Assembly (NCBI GenBank): GCA_027451365.1 | Contig: DAIDJN010000086.1 | Span: forward strand, 1-40,361 | Direction: 5' to 3' | DNA: 40,361 nt | Origin: Phycisphaerales bacterium | GTDB lineage: Bacteria; Planctomycetota; Phycisphaerae; WQYP01 | Shown here: piece after piece, positions 8,592 through 17,642 of the stretch | Position numbering within the stretch: position 1 is the stretch's first letter | Layout: each line of letters begins with the position of its first letter | Program-made: the position numbers and the translations under genes | Notes under the pieces: model-generated | Seen by the model: the letters and a program-made list of their open reading frames with translations, nothing else | Databases searched by the model: none | Told to the model about the DNA's origin: nothing

Positions 8592-9110
8592 GCGTTTCCT
8601 TTTTGTCCTGCCGGTTTAGCTAATTCAGGCACCAAAGGGGAGGCATTGTCCGATAACCCGTCCGGAGCCATTTCTACATTAAATGAGTTATTCGGCAAAA
8701 TCCCGGATTCAGGACCACCGAAAACATAATGCTGACTAAGAATAATAGCCCCGCCGGCCAATGGCAAGAGTTCCGGCACCGCGCCGCCAGGGCGATCGCC
8801 TGTAGAATCCGCCACCAATTAACTCGCGCCCGCGCACGGTATTTGTAAAAGGCATTTCTTATGATCGGGCCCGTGCATCATGAACTTTATCATGCAAGAC
8901 CGAGCCTTCGGAGAACGATTGTCTTTGGCCGGAAACGTGACTGACCCTCGCCTGCCTGCCGGGGCACCGATGCCAAGCATATGACCGAGTGCCTGCGGGA
9001 CCACTGGGGTGTGTAAAAGTGTCTGCACCGCTTACAGGAAATAGCATTTCGGAAGGACGAATGCCGAATCCGTAAGGGGGTATGGGGCGGAAAATATCAG
9101 TCGGCTACGC

Positions 9111-9345
9111 AGGTTTGCCCGTATTGGTCGGGAAGTGAAAAGAGGGCGTAACAATAAGCATTTTTGAGCACCTGTTTGTTTGTGGTGCATGCCTCCCGCC
9201 TCCCAGTTTAAGTTCATTTGTGGTGCAGGCATCTTGCCTGCCGCCTTAAACTTAGTTTGTGGTGCGGGCGTCCCGCCTGCCGGCTTAACCTCATGTGGTG
9301 CAGGCCCATGGCGCAGGGGAATGCAGGCAGGAAAGCCGCACCGCC
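9111..9345. repeat. Degenerate MITE left end followed by a tandem REP array
   Basis: 9111-9153 matches the 5435 left end at about 33/43. TGTGGTGC units start at 9181, 9219, 9258 and 9294. An inverted arm lies at about 9322-9345. Confidence 0.75.
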
Positions 9346-9409
9346 ATATGACTGGCATTTGGGTGTGCTATGCCTCCGCAGCGCCCCCGGCGAACCGGCA
9401 GCCGGTGGC

Positions 9410-10525
9410 TCACCTCGCGGCCTGTCCCAGCACACGCATGGCCGGTAGTGCGTTGCCATGAACATCAAACAATGACCGATCGCTCCACGGATTGCGGGAA
9501 AATTCGGCCTGATCGGCGTTGTATTCCCCCGCCCACCACCAGACGCCCCGGCCAAGATGATGCGGCAGGGCCTTAACGATAGTGACAACGGCTTTGGCAT
9601 AGGCCGCTTGTCCTGTGGGCGAAAACGGGAACTGCATTCCCGGTTTTTTAAGCCAGTTGGCATTGTAGGCGTTATTGATAAATGGATATGCGGTCTCCGC
9701 AACAATAATCGGCTTGCCCAATGTGGAGAGGCTAATAAGACTGGCTTTAAGATGCTTCAGCGATCCGCCCCAGACCGGATAAAAATCATATCCAATAAAA
9801 TCAAACTTTACGCCATGGGATATCAGATTTTTATAAAAATCCGGGGCGTAGGAAAAATTGCCCACCTGAATCATAATTTTGGGCTTTTGCGAACCGCTGC
9901 CGGTGTCAATACCCTTAATGGCTGCGTTAAGTAATTTGGCCAGCCGGTTCCACCTCCCCCGATGATGAACCCAGAGCTTGCCTGTGGGCCACAAAATGCC
10001 GTCATTAATTTCATTGCCGACCAGCACCATATCCGGCATTGCATGGGCTTTTCGCAATGTGGTAATCACGCGATTGCAATGGCCGCGCAGGTGGCGGCAC
10101 AACTCATCGAATGGCAAATGCCGCCAGGCGGAAGGAGTTGGCTGATGGCCTGGATCCGCCCAGCTTGGCGAAAAGTGCATGTCCAGAACAAAATAAAATC
10201 CCGCTTTTTTTATGCGCCGCGCCAGGGGCAGCGTATAAGCCAGATCGTTAATGGTGCCAAGTTTGCCGAACCGCCTTTTTTCCGCCTCGGTCGCCCGATG
10301 CCATAACCGCAATCGCAGGCAATTGCAGCCGGCTCGTTTGAAGGCCTGCAGCAGGCCGGTCGCCTGATGGTTATACCGGTATACGCCCCCATGCGATTCA
10401 ATGTAGCCAAAATACGAAACATCCGAGCCTGCCCAGAATCTGTGAGTCGCCCCGCGCACCGGAGCGGCGGCTGTCGTGATAATGGCTATAAGCATCAGGA
10501 TTAAAAGGTATGCGATCGATGGCAT
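9410..10525 (-). CDS. Secreted GH53 arabinogalactan endo-1,4-beta-galactosidase
   Basis: GSDVS, RLRLW, LDMHFS.SWADPGHQ, PDMVLVGNE (acid/base), IIVAETAYP (nucleophile). Start moved to MPSIAYLLILML (10525), which gives a signal peptide. Confidence 0.9.
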   Translation of the reverse strand: MPSIAYLLILMLIAIITTAAAPVRGATHRFWAGSDVSYFGYIESHGGVYRYNHQATGLLQAFKRAGCNCLRLRLWHRATEAEKRRFGKLGTINDLAYTLPLARRIKKAGFYFVLDMHFSPSWADPGHQPTPSAWRHLPFDELCRHLRGHCNRVITTLRKAHAMPDMVLVGNEINDGILWPTGKLWVHHRGRWNRLAKLLNAAIKGIDTGSGSQKPKIMIQVGNFSYAPDFYKNLISHGVKFDFIGYDFYPVWGGSLKHLKASLISLSTLGKPIIVAETAYPFINNAYNANWLKKPGMQFPFSPTGQAAYAKAVVTIVKALPHHLGRGVWWWAGEYNADQAEFSRNPWSDRSLFDVHGNALPAMRVLGQAAR

Positions 10526-10780
10526 ACCTAAATTTGCGCCACGCGATTGGCCGTTCGGCGAGCCTGGGCTTGGTTCCGATCTTGCGATTATCACTGGGTG
10601 TTTATCATTGCAACTGCTTAAAAGGCGCATCGCCGAATCTCCAAAGGCAGTCTATTATGCATCTTGCCTTGCGTATAATGGGCCGGGCTGCGAATCGCCT
10701 GGCTTCGATATAACATGTATCTTAACGCCGCGTGGTGTGCGCACGAAACAATCAACAGCGTTGCTTGGGCTGTGCGGGGG

Positions 10781-10818
10781 AAAAAAACGCAGCGCCACTC
10801 CGGTCAGGTGGCGCTGTG
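10781..10818 (-). terminator. Rho-independent terminator downstream of the PEP-CTERM gene
   Basis: Minus strand: CAGCGCCAC, 9-nt loop, GTGGCGCTG, then CG and TTTTTTT. Confidence 0.75.
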
Positions 10819-10848
10819 CCGCGATTATGCACGTTGAAGCACCTTTTT

Positions 10849-11862
10849 TTATGCCGCATCATAATGCTTGCTGGCCAGATCAATGGTCAAACGTCGTCGC
10901 ATAAGCAACAATCCGCCGGCACCAACAGCCAGCAGACCCAGAGATGCTGGTTCGGGCGCTGCCGGAACATTACTGACCGCAAGATTATTAAAGAAAGCGT
11001 TGTGATTGCTGCTGGCCTGATTTCCAGTATAAGTTACGCCAATCTGATTAACCGGTCCGGTTAAAATACCTGTATAAGAAGCGACGGGGTCGCCATTTAG
11101 CGGCGTAAGCTTCAGGGAATAATTGTAACTGCCGCTGCCGCCGCCGGTAATCGCCAGCGAAGCGGAAATTCCACTGCCGTTCGTGGCGGAATTGTCATTT
11201 AAATCCGCTTCAAGGATGGCATTGCTGCTGACTCCCTGAAGATAGGAAGCCGATCCGGACGCCGCAGTAATGGTTGTCTGCAAAGCGGTGGAACTGGAGG
11301 TATTGCCCCCCGTGCCGGTGGCCAGGTCGGTAAATGAAACCTGCAATACATTGGTGGCAGAGACCCCCGAGCCTGTCATGAAGCTCACCCCATAAGACGC
11401 GGCCTGACCGTTGGCGTTGACGGTGCCCGTTCCATTTTGCAGGGATAAGTCCACACTGATCTGCTGGCCAATCCGCAAAGTGCCCAGGCCGGTGCTCGTG
11501 GAATTTTCCAAAGCGCGATAGACCGATTCGGTGCCTGCGGTTGTACTGGTCGGATAGTCCGAATAAATAGCCCAGGCGTTGTAAGTTCCGCTGCCGATGA
11601 GTGTCGGCACGTAAGAGGGCTTGTTAAGGTACACACCGGTATAGGGCGCGGCACCAGAATTGCCCGCAGTCGCCCAAGGCCCGAAGCCACTGCCCAAATT
11701 AACCGGAGTGCTGTTAAAATCAGCACTTGTATAGTTGTTGGCGTTGTCCGCCGCCACCATGGCGGCTCCGGCCACTGAATTACCAACGATCACAATCGCG
11801 GCAACCGCCGCGATGGCCGCCGTCGTGACAACGCAATTCCGCTGGACAAGTTTTCCGAACAT
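10849..11862 (-). CDS. PEP-CTERM sorting-domain surface protein
   Basis: N-terminal signal peptide; Ser/Thr/Gly/Asn-rich body; C-terminal APEPASLGLLAVGAGGLLLMRRR. SD AAGGAG. Confidence 0.9.
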   Translation of the reverse strand: MFGKLVQRNCVVTTAAIAAVAAIVIVGNSVAGAAMVAADNANNYTSADFNSTPVNLGSGFGPWATAGNSGAAPYTGVYLNKPSYVPTLIGSGTYNAWAIYSDYPTSTTAGTESVYRALENSTSTGLGTLRIGQQISVDLSLQNGTGTVNANGQAASYGVSFMTGSGVSATNVLQVSFTDLATGTGGNTSSSTALQTTITAASGSASYLQGVSSNAILEADLNDNSATNGSGISASLAITGGGSGSYNYSLKLTPLNGDPVASYTGILTGPVNQIGVTYTGNQASSNHNAFFNNLAVSNVPAAPEPASLGLLAVGAGGLLLMRRRLTIDLASKHYDAA

Positions 11863-12027
11863 TGAGAACTCCTTCGTTCAGCCCCGCGATTCAAAAATGA
11901 GCGCAATTCATCCGATTCGGGGCGGCTATCGATAACCGAACCGCGTTCAACAGTTCAAACTCAACACAACACGAGTCTCACCTCCGGTTCCGGACAGGCG
12001 AAAAAACTGCATGTGTGGCATATTCCG

Positions 12028-12879
12028 TCAGTACTGATTGGCCCAGGTCACATTCCAACCCAGACTCAGAAATTTCGTTGAGCCGTAATAGGGCCATTGT
12101 GTCACTTGGTTATTGTTCATTAAGTCAAAGCTTGATTGCAGCGTCGAATAACGCACTACTTCCACATGGCCATCCGCATATCCGGCGTTTATAAAGGGAT
12201 CCGGAGATGACGGATAGTGCGGCAATTGGTTGGCGTTTTCCCCCGGCCAGGTATAGCAGCTCCAGAGAACCGCCTGCGAACCCTGAACCACACTCGCGGT
12301 GCGTGTCCCGGCGGCCACCCAGTCGTTGTAACCATAATCAATTGCCGAATATTCATTTACCTGATTGTTGTGTGTATCGGTATATTGCCATGAGTTATTT
12401 CCGCCGGCATCCGCGTCGACGGCAGGATCAATAAAATTCGCCTGTACGGACAGGAAGGGTTGCGACCAGAATTTCGGATTGGCTGGCGAAAGCTGTTGTG
12501 AATGACTTAAATAGGGATACATGGTGGTAATAACTTCGTATGTCCAAATGCCGGTCGGACTGTTCTCAATGGCTGTAAAAGATGGGTTCGGACCGTTGAC
12601 ATCCGTATGGTTGTTAAACATGGCCGGAAAAAACTCGCCGTTTTCCTGCGCATAAATAATGGCAGCCTGACTAAGTGAACGCAGGTGAGCTTCACAAACA
12701 GTGTCGTCGGCGGCGGCCTTGGCCCGGGCCAGCGCGGGCAGCAGTAGAGAAATCAGCAATGCGATGATGGAAATAACTACCAGAAGTTCCACAAGTGTGA
12801 ATCCTCTGTCACATTTTTCCCTGGTGATGCGGGGTGAGGTCTTCATTCTCGGACTCCTTCGAATGATGGCGTTTGGCAT
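12028..12879 (-). CDS. Prepilin-type N-terminal cleavage/methylation protein with H-X9-DG-like C-terminus (DUF1559-like)
   Basis: RG|FTLVELLVVISIIALLISLLLPALARAK followed by C..HLR.L; C-terminal H...NAGYADGHVE. Start may be MKTSP (12846). Confidence 0.9.
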   Translation of the reverse strand: MPNAIIRRSPRMKTSPRITREKCDRGFTLVELLVVISIIALLISLLLPALARAKAAADDTVCEAHLRSLSQAAIIYAQENGEFFPAMFNNHTDVNGPNPSFTAIENSPTGIWTYEVITTMYPYLSHSQQLSPANPKFWSQPFLSVQANFIDPAVDADAGGNNSWQYTDTHNNQVNEYSAIDYGYNDWVAAGTRTASVVQGSQAVLWSCYTWPGENANQLPHYPSSPDPFINAGYADGHVEVVRYSTLQSSFDLMNNNQVTQWPYYGSTKFLSLGWNVTWANQY

Positions 12880-12960
12880 TCCGCGGACCCAAATATCCGT
12901 TAACTATTGAAAATACCTGCAACATGATTTGCAGCAGGTTCATTAACAATTGTGGATGTC

Positions 12961-13027
12961 ACTATAAAAGCCGTTGAGCCATATCGGAAGGATGAATTTG
13001 AATCAAGTGTTGTAACAAAATGCGTCA
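12961..13027 (-). promoter_or_regulatory. Putative AraC/XylR tandem binding sites and -10 element for the prepilin/PEP-CTERM unit
   Basis: Minus-strand direct repeats TGACGCATTTTG (from 13027) and TGATTCAAATTC (from 13005) at a 22-bp period; TATAGT at 12961-12966. Confidence 0.4.
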
Positions 13028-14227
13028 GACCGCAGGCGGGAACTGACGGCCGCGGATGAGGCGGCGAAAAGCTCCCGGCGTGGTATCCCGGTGGCGGCGG
13101 AAAAATGCCGCCAACTGCTGCTCTGAATTAATCCCTACAATGTCCGCAATCCGGGCCAGTGAATAATCCGTGCCGGTCAGCAGTCGTTCAATGCGGTCCA
13201 GCCGGGCGCGGGCGATTTCATCGTGTGGAGCGAACCCCAAAGCGGCCTGAAACTTGCGCTCCAGGGTGCTGCGCGAAACCAGATGCCCCGACTGTGAAAG
13301 ATGTTCCAGAATATCCTCCGTCGTGATGCTTATTCCACCCTGATCGCGAATAAACTGAAGTGCCTGAACCACCACCGGATCGGCAATCGCGATCGTGTTT
13401 GTACTGGCGCGGGCGATGACCCCCTTGGGCGGAAACAGCAGTGTCTGGTCACGGCCGGTCCCGGTGCGGAACATTTCGTCAAGAAGCTCCGATGCCCGGA
13501 AGCCGATCCCCTCCGCCGACGGGTCTACGCTGGTCAGCGGCGGTACTGCCAGATCACAGATAATTTCATCATTGTCCACACCAATGACGGCTACGTCGTT
13601 GGGAACATGCAGGCCGTTGCGGCGGCAGGCGCTTAGCAATAGGCGGCCGAAATAATCGTTGCAGGCCATGATTCCGATGGGCTTGGGGAGTGCCGTCAAC
13701 CACGTATTCAAGCGGGCATCTTCCCAGAATGGGTCGCCTCGGCGCTTGTACGTCGCAAAGCCAGGTTCCCATTTGTCTTCCAGGAAGACCGACTCCCGCA
13801 TTTGGCTTTTCCCGAAAAAGGTGTGAAAGCCTTCCAGTCGCAAATCAGAAAACGGCGCACCACTCGACCCGTAGAATGCGAAATGTTTTAATCGGCGGGA
13901 CATCAGATGTTCGGCCGCAATCTGCCCGATTTTCCGGTGATCACTGAAAAGCTGTGTCACACTTCCGATGTGCCCCGGCACTTCGCCCAAGCTTACCAGT
14001 GGTAATTTCAGACGTTGCAGGGACGCAAGCTGGCGTTTGTCCCGCACGCGGGCAAGGATTCCGTCGCAACTTCCGCGAACCAGCCATTTGGGAAGATTAT
14101 CAACGCCTTTGCGTTCTTCGTAAATCACCTGCCAGTCGATGTGGGTTTGCACAAACCGGGAGACGCCGCGCAGCAGATCGCGTCCGTAACTTCCGACGGT
14201 GTCAATAATCAGTGCGACAGTTCGCAT
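13025..14227 (-). CDS. XylR-type transcriptional regulator (LacI-like sugar-binding domain plus AraC HTH)
   Basis: YGRDLLRGV, LPKPIGIMACND, VPNDVAVIGVDND, PPLTSVD; C-terminal SRSTLERKF..RLLTGTDYSLARIA..FRR..TTPGAFR. Confidence 0.92.
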   Translation of the reverse strand: MRTVALIIDTVGSYGRDLLRGVSRFVQTHIDWQVIYEERKGVDNLPKWLVRGSCDGILARVRDKRQLASLQRLKLPLVSLGEVPGHIGSVTQLFSDHRKIGQIAAEHLMSRRLKHFAFYGSSGAPFSDLRLEGFHTFFGKSQMRESVFLEDKWEPGFATYKRRGDPFWEDARLNTWLTALPKPIGIMACNDYFGRLLLSACRRNGLHVPNDVAVIGVDNDEIICDLAVPPLTSVDPSAEGIGFRASELLDEMFRTGTGRDQTLLFPPKGVIARASTNTIAIADPVVVQALQFIRDQGGISITTEDILEHLSQSGHLVSRSTLERKFQAALGFAPHDEIARARLDRIERLLTGTDYSLARIADIVGINSEQQLAAFFRRHRDTTPGAFRRLIRGRQFPPAV

Positions 14228-14524
14228 GGCTCGCTTTCCGACCGGTGAACAGAAAGAATACCACAGCTATAATAACCGCCGATGAACGGTTCTGTCGCGG
14301 TCTGGTGAAAGCCGGCAGTGCGCGCTGCGCTCTGCGGCCTTTGCCGTTTGCAGAACGGCCAGACTATGGTTGCCGGATAATTTCGGAGCCTGTTTCCATC
14401 GCCGGAATTGCCTGCCTAGAATAGCCTGCCTGCACCGGATTGCCAGGCCATAAATAATATGATGTGCCGGCAGCCGGAATTCCGGCTGGCAAGGTGTGCA
14501 GGCTTCTGTTCCGATGGAGTTGGT

Positions 14525-15664
14525 GTGAATTTTGTGGCTTTGAAAATGCTGGTGGGCGACCGTGTCAAATACATCGGCATCATTGTGGGCGTGGCTATAG
14601 CCACATTTTTGATATCACAACAGCTAAATATATTCATAGGTCTTATGGGCAGCACCTATGGACTGGTCACCAATATTTCCACGCCCGATATCTGGGTAAC
14701 CAACCGCCCCATGCAGGATGTGGATGATTTGCGACCGATGAGCGGCAACGAACTTTATCGTGTCAAGGCCGTTCGTGGTGTGCTCTGGGCCACGCGGCTC
14801 TTTCGTCAGACGGTTCAAGTGCGATTGAACAGCGGAAAGTTTCAAACCTGCATGCTGCTCGGTCTGGGTGATCAATCCCTGGTTGGCGGACCGCCGGAAC
14901 TGCTGGACGGCATTGCTTTAAGTGCGTTGCGCATTTCCCATGGCGTCATTGTAGATGCCGCGTACGCACGTGATAAATTGCAGAATATTGCGCCCGGGCA
15001 ATCCATGCAGATCAACGGCCACCGGGCGCTGGTCGTCGGCTGGTGTCGGACCGCCCTTAGCTTTCAGGGGTTGCCGATTGTTTACACAACCTACAGCCGG
15101 GCCGCCAACTGGGCACCCGCACAACGGCATCAACTGGCGGTGGTGCTGGTCAAGGCGCGGCAGGGGGTGAACCTGCACGCGTTGTGCCGACGTATAGAGG
15201 CCCGCACCGGCCTGGAGGCCTACACCCGTCATGGAATTGCCAGCAAGACTTTCTGGTATTATATGAAATCAACGGGCATACCGATTAATTTTGGGATTAC
15301 CATCACATTGGGGGCCTTGGTGGGCATGGCGATTGCAGCGCAGACGCTGTATCAGTTCACCCATGACAACCTGCGCTATCTGGGCACCCTAAAAGCCATG
15401 GGTGCCACCGATGGCACATTGGCCCGCATGGTACTGGCTCAGGCCTTTTTAACCGGCGCTCTGGGTTTTGGTGTCGGCATGGGAATGAGTGGCGGCTCTT
15501 TCATGCTGATCATGCACTTCACGCCCGTAAGCCAGCGGTTGGGCGCGTTTTTGCCGCAGGTGATGATCGGTACCGGCCTGGGAATGGTGGTTATTGTGAT
15601 GGCGGCGAGTTTATTTTCGCTGGTCAGTGTGATTCGCCTGGAGCCGGCGGTGGTATTCCGTTGA
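14525..15664 (+). CDS. ABC exporter permease (DevC/FtsX-like)
   Basis: GTG start after a GGAG SD gives MNFVALKMLVGDRVKY. One N-terminal TM, a periplasmic loop, GTLKAMGA, C-terminal TMs, LEPAVVFR. Confidence 0.88.
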   Translation: MNFVALKMLVGDRVKYIGIIVGVAIATFLISQQLNIFIGLMGSTYGLVTNISTPDIWVTNRPMQDVDDLRPMSGNELYRVKAVRGVLWATRLFRQTVQVRLNSGKFQTCMLLGLGDQSLVGGPPELLDGIALSALRISHGVIVDAAYARDKLQNIAPGQSMQINGHRALVVGWCRTALSFQGLPIVYTTYSRAANWAPAQRHQLAVVLVKARQGVNLHALCRRIEARTGLEAYTRHGIASKTFWYYMKSTGIPINFGITITLGALVGMAIAAQTLYQFTHDNLRYLGTLKAMGATDGTLARMVLAQAFLTGALGFGVGMGMSGGSFMLIMHFTPVSQRLGAFLPQVMIGTGLGMVVIVMAASLFSLVSVIRLEPAVVFR

Positions 15665-15717
15665 CCGACCGGCCGCTTCGCGCCGGCGTAAATTTCGATG
15701 GTTTAGAGTGTATCCGC

Positions 15718-16479
15718 ATGAATCCATTGGCAACAGAAGAAAGTAGCGCCGGATCCGCCCTGCCAATCGCGGTGGCGTGCCGCAACGTGGAAAAATCCTT
15801 TGGCCAGGGCAACGCACGGACCCGGGCACTTAATGGTGTGGATATGGAGGTTCGCTGCGGAGAAATGCTGATGCTGGTCGGTCCTTCCGGCTGCGGCAAG
15901 ACCACGTTGCTTTCCGTGATCGCCGGAATTCTGGATTCTGATTCCGGCCGCGTGGAACTGTTCAATCAGGTTATGGGAGATCTGCGGGGGGCGGCCAAAA
16001 CCCGGTTTCGCGGACGAAATATCGGTTTCGCCTTTCAACAGTTCAATCTTCTGCCGCAATTAACCGCGCAGGAAAATGCGGCGATTCCGTTGTTTATTCT
16101 GGGCTGGCCGCGCCGCAAGGCGCTGGCGCGGGCAACGGAATATTTGGATAAGCTTGGTCTGGCGGATCGACGGAATAATTTTCCCAGACAACTGTCCGGC
16201 GGTCAGCAGCAACGGGTGGCGTTTGCCCGAGCGTTGATTCATGAACCACGACTGGTGGTATGTGACGAGCCGACGAGCGCATTGGACGGCCGCACCGGTG
16301 AACAGGTGATAAGCGCACTGCGTAGCCTGGCGGTTGGTGCCGATCGCGCGGTGATTGTAGTAACGCACGACACCCGGATTTTTCATTTTGCGGACCGAAT
16401 CGCCCAAATGGACGACGGCCGCGTTTTAAGCACTCACACGGCTCGGGAAATGCTGGCAAAGGAAGGACACAAAATATGA
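15718..16479 (+). CDS. ABC exporter ATP-binding protein (LolD/DevA-like)
   Basis: Walker A GPSGCGKTT, signature LSGGQQQR, Walker B VVCDEPT, H-loop VTHD. Start uncertain (15661 TTG or 15718 ATG). Confidence 0.92.
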   Translation: MNPLATEESSAGSALPIAVACRNVEKSFGQGNARTRALNGVDMEVRCGEMLMLVGPSGCGKTTLLSVIAGILDSDSGRVELFNQVMGDLRGAAKTRFRGRNIGFAFQQFNLLPQLTAQENAAIPLFILGWPRRKALARATEYLDKLGLADRRNNFPRQLSGGQQQRVAFARALIHEPRLVVCDEPTSALDGRTGEQVISALRSLAVGADRAVIVVTHDTRIFHFADRIAQMDDGRVLSTHTAREMLAKEGHKI

Positions 16480-17642
16480 TGCGAAAATTTGGCATTCCAG
16501 CGCTGGCTGTTATCGGATTACTGGTGGGTCTTCTGGCGGTCAAGCGGGCCAGTCATAAATATGTCTCCGTGCCGCCTGTGGTGACGCCGGTCAGCAATCC
16601 GTTCCTAAGCAGCATTGCGGCATCCGGAATTGTCGAACCGGCCAGCCGATCAATTGGCCTGTCCCCGGAATACGGAGGGCTGGTGACCGCCATCCTGGTG
16701 AAATGGAATCAGCATGTCCGCAAGGGACAGCGACTTCTGGAACTGGACACAACGGCCATTGATTCGCAAATTCGTCAGGCACAGGCCAATGTGCTCGTGG
16801 GGCGGACCCAACTTCAGGAAGCCGAAGCGAATTTAGCAAAGCTCAAAGCTCCGCCGCGCGCCATTGACCGGCCCGCCTATGTGGCGGCCGTGGCCGCGGC
16901 CCGGGCCAATTACCGCCTTGCACTTGGGCGATGGAAACGCGTTGAGCCGGCAATTGGGTCCAAGGCTTTTTCCGCGGATGATTTGGCCAACCGTCGCTAC
17001 GTCTGGCTGGCCGCCAAAGCGGATCTGGCCAGGGCAAACGCGGCTCTTGCCGCATTTAACGCGGGCACATGGAGCCAGGATATTGCCATAGGAGAATCCG
17101 AAGTCGTAGCAGCACAGGCAACCGTCGTGGCCCGCCAGGCGGACCTTGATGCGTTGAAAACACAGCGCGGACTGCTGACCGTGCGATCACCCATCGCCGG
17201 TACGGTTCTGAAAATAAATACACGCGTCGGGCAGTATGTCGCGGCCGCTTCGTTTGCCAATCTGACGAATAACCCCCAAACCGCGCCACTCATTATGGGC
17301 AATATACGGCATCTGAATGTGCGACTGCAGATTGACCAGGAAGATGCTTCTCGTTTTGTCCCCGGCCAGCCCGCGGTCTGTTTTGTGCGGGGAATGCCGC
17401 GAACTTCCATCGGCCTGACGTTTGTCCGCATTGACCCGTTTGTACTGCCCAAACAGGATCTGACCGGTGCGCCAACCGAGCAGGTGGAAACACGTGTGTT
17501 ACAGGTGGTGTTTCGTCTGAAAAAGCCGCCCTTTCCGGTGTATGTGGGCCAGCAGGTGGACGCCTTCATTAAAACGCCGTATAACTCCCGTCAAAGCGGC
17601 CTAGGGACTTTCGCCGCCGAACCGGAGCGCAATGTGCCATGA
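16476..17642 (+). CDS. Periplasmic adaptor / membrane-fusion protein (HlyD/DevB-like)
   Basis: N-terminal anchor, ASGIVEP, lipoyl-like halves (V.KGQ.L and VRSPIAGTV), Ala-rich coiled coil, ETRVLQV, VGQQVD. ATGA overlap. Confidence 0.88.
   Translation: MMRKFGIPALAVIGLLVGLLAVKRASHKYVSVPPVVTPVSNPFLSSIAASGIVEPASRSIGLSPEYGGLVTAILVKWNQHVRKGQRLLELDTTAIDSQIRQAQANVLVGRTQLQEAEANLAKLKAPPRAIDRPAYVAAVAAARANYRLALGRWKRVEPAIGSKAFSADDLANRRYVWLAAKADLARANAALAAFNAGTWSQDIAIGESEVVAAQATVVARQADLDALKTQRGLLTVRSPIAGTVLKINTRVGQYVAAASFANLTNNPQTAPLIMGNIRHLNVRLQIDQEDASRFVPGQPAVCFVRGMPRTSIGLTFVRIDPFVLPKQDLTGAPTEQVETRVLQVVFRLKKPPFPVYVGQQVDAFIKTPYNSRQSGLGTFAAEPERNVP

Noticed and set aside
8997..9020. GGGAC..TGTGTAAAAGT as an IS256-like end
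   Set aside because: No partner inverted repeat or TSD, and the spacing is unconvincing.
8588..9047. Short minus-strand ORFs upstream of the epimerase
   Set aside because: No convincing SD or homology cue. The 76-aa ORF overlaps the epimerase start (GTGA), but that alone is insufficient.
9031..9076. Imperfect long hairpin (CTTAC..GTAAG, GCATT..AATGC)
   Set aside because: No U-tract, no known RNA motif and a single occurrence; cannot be separated from chance.
9178..9345. Tandem repeats as a CRISPR array
   Set aside because: The segments between units are only about 12-14 nt and similar to each other, the units are degenerate, an inverted arm is present, and there are no cas genes. REP-like instead.
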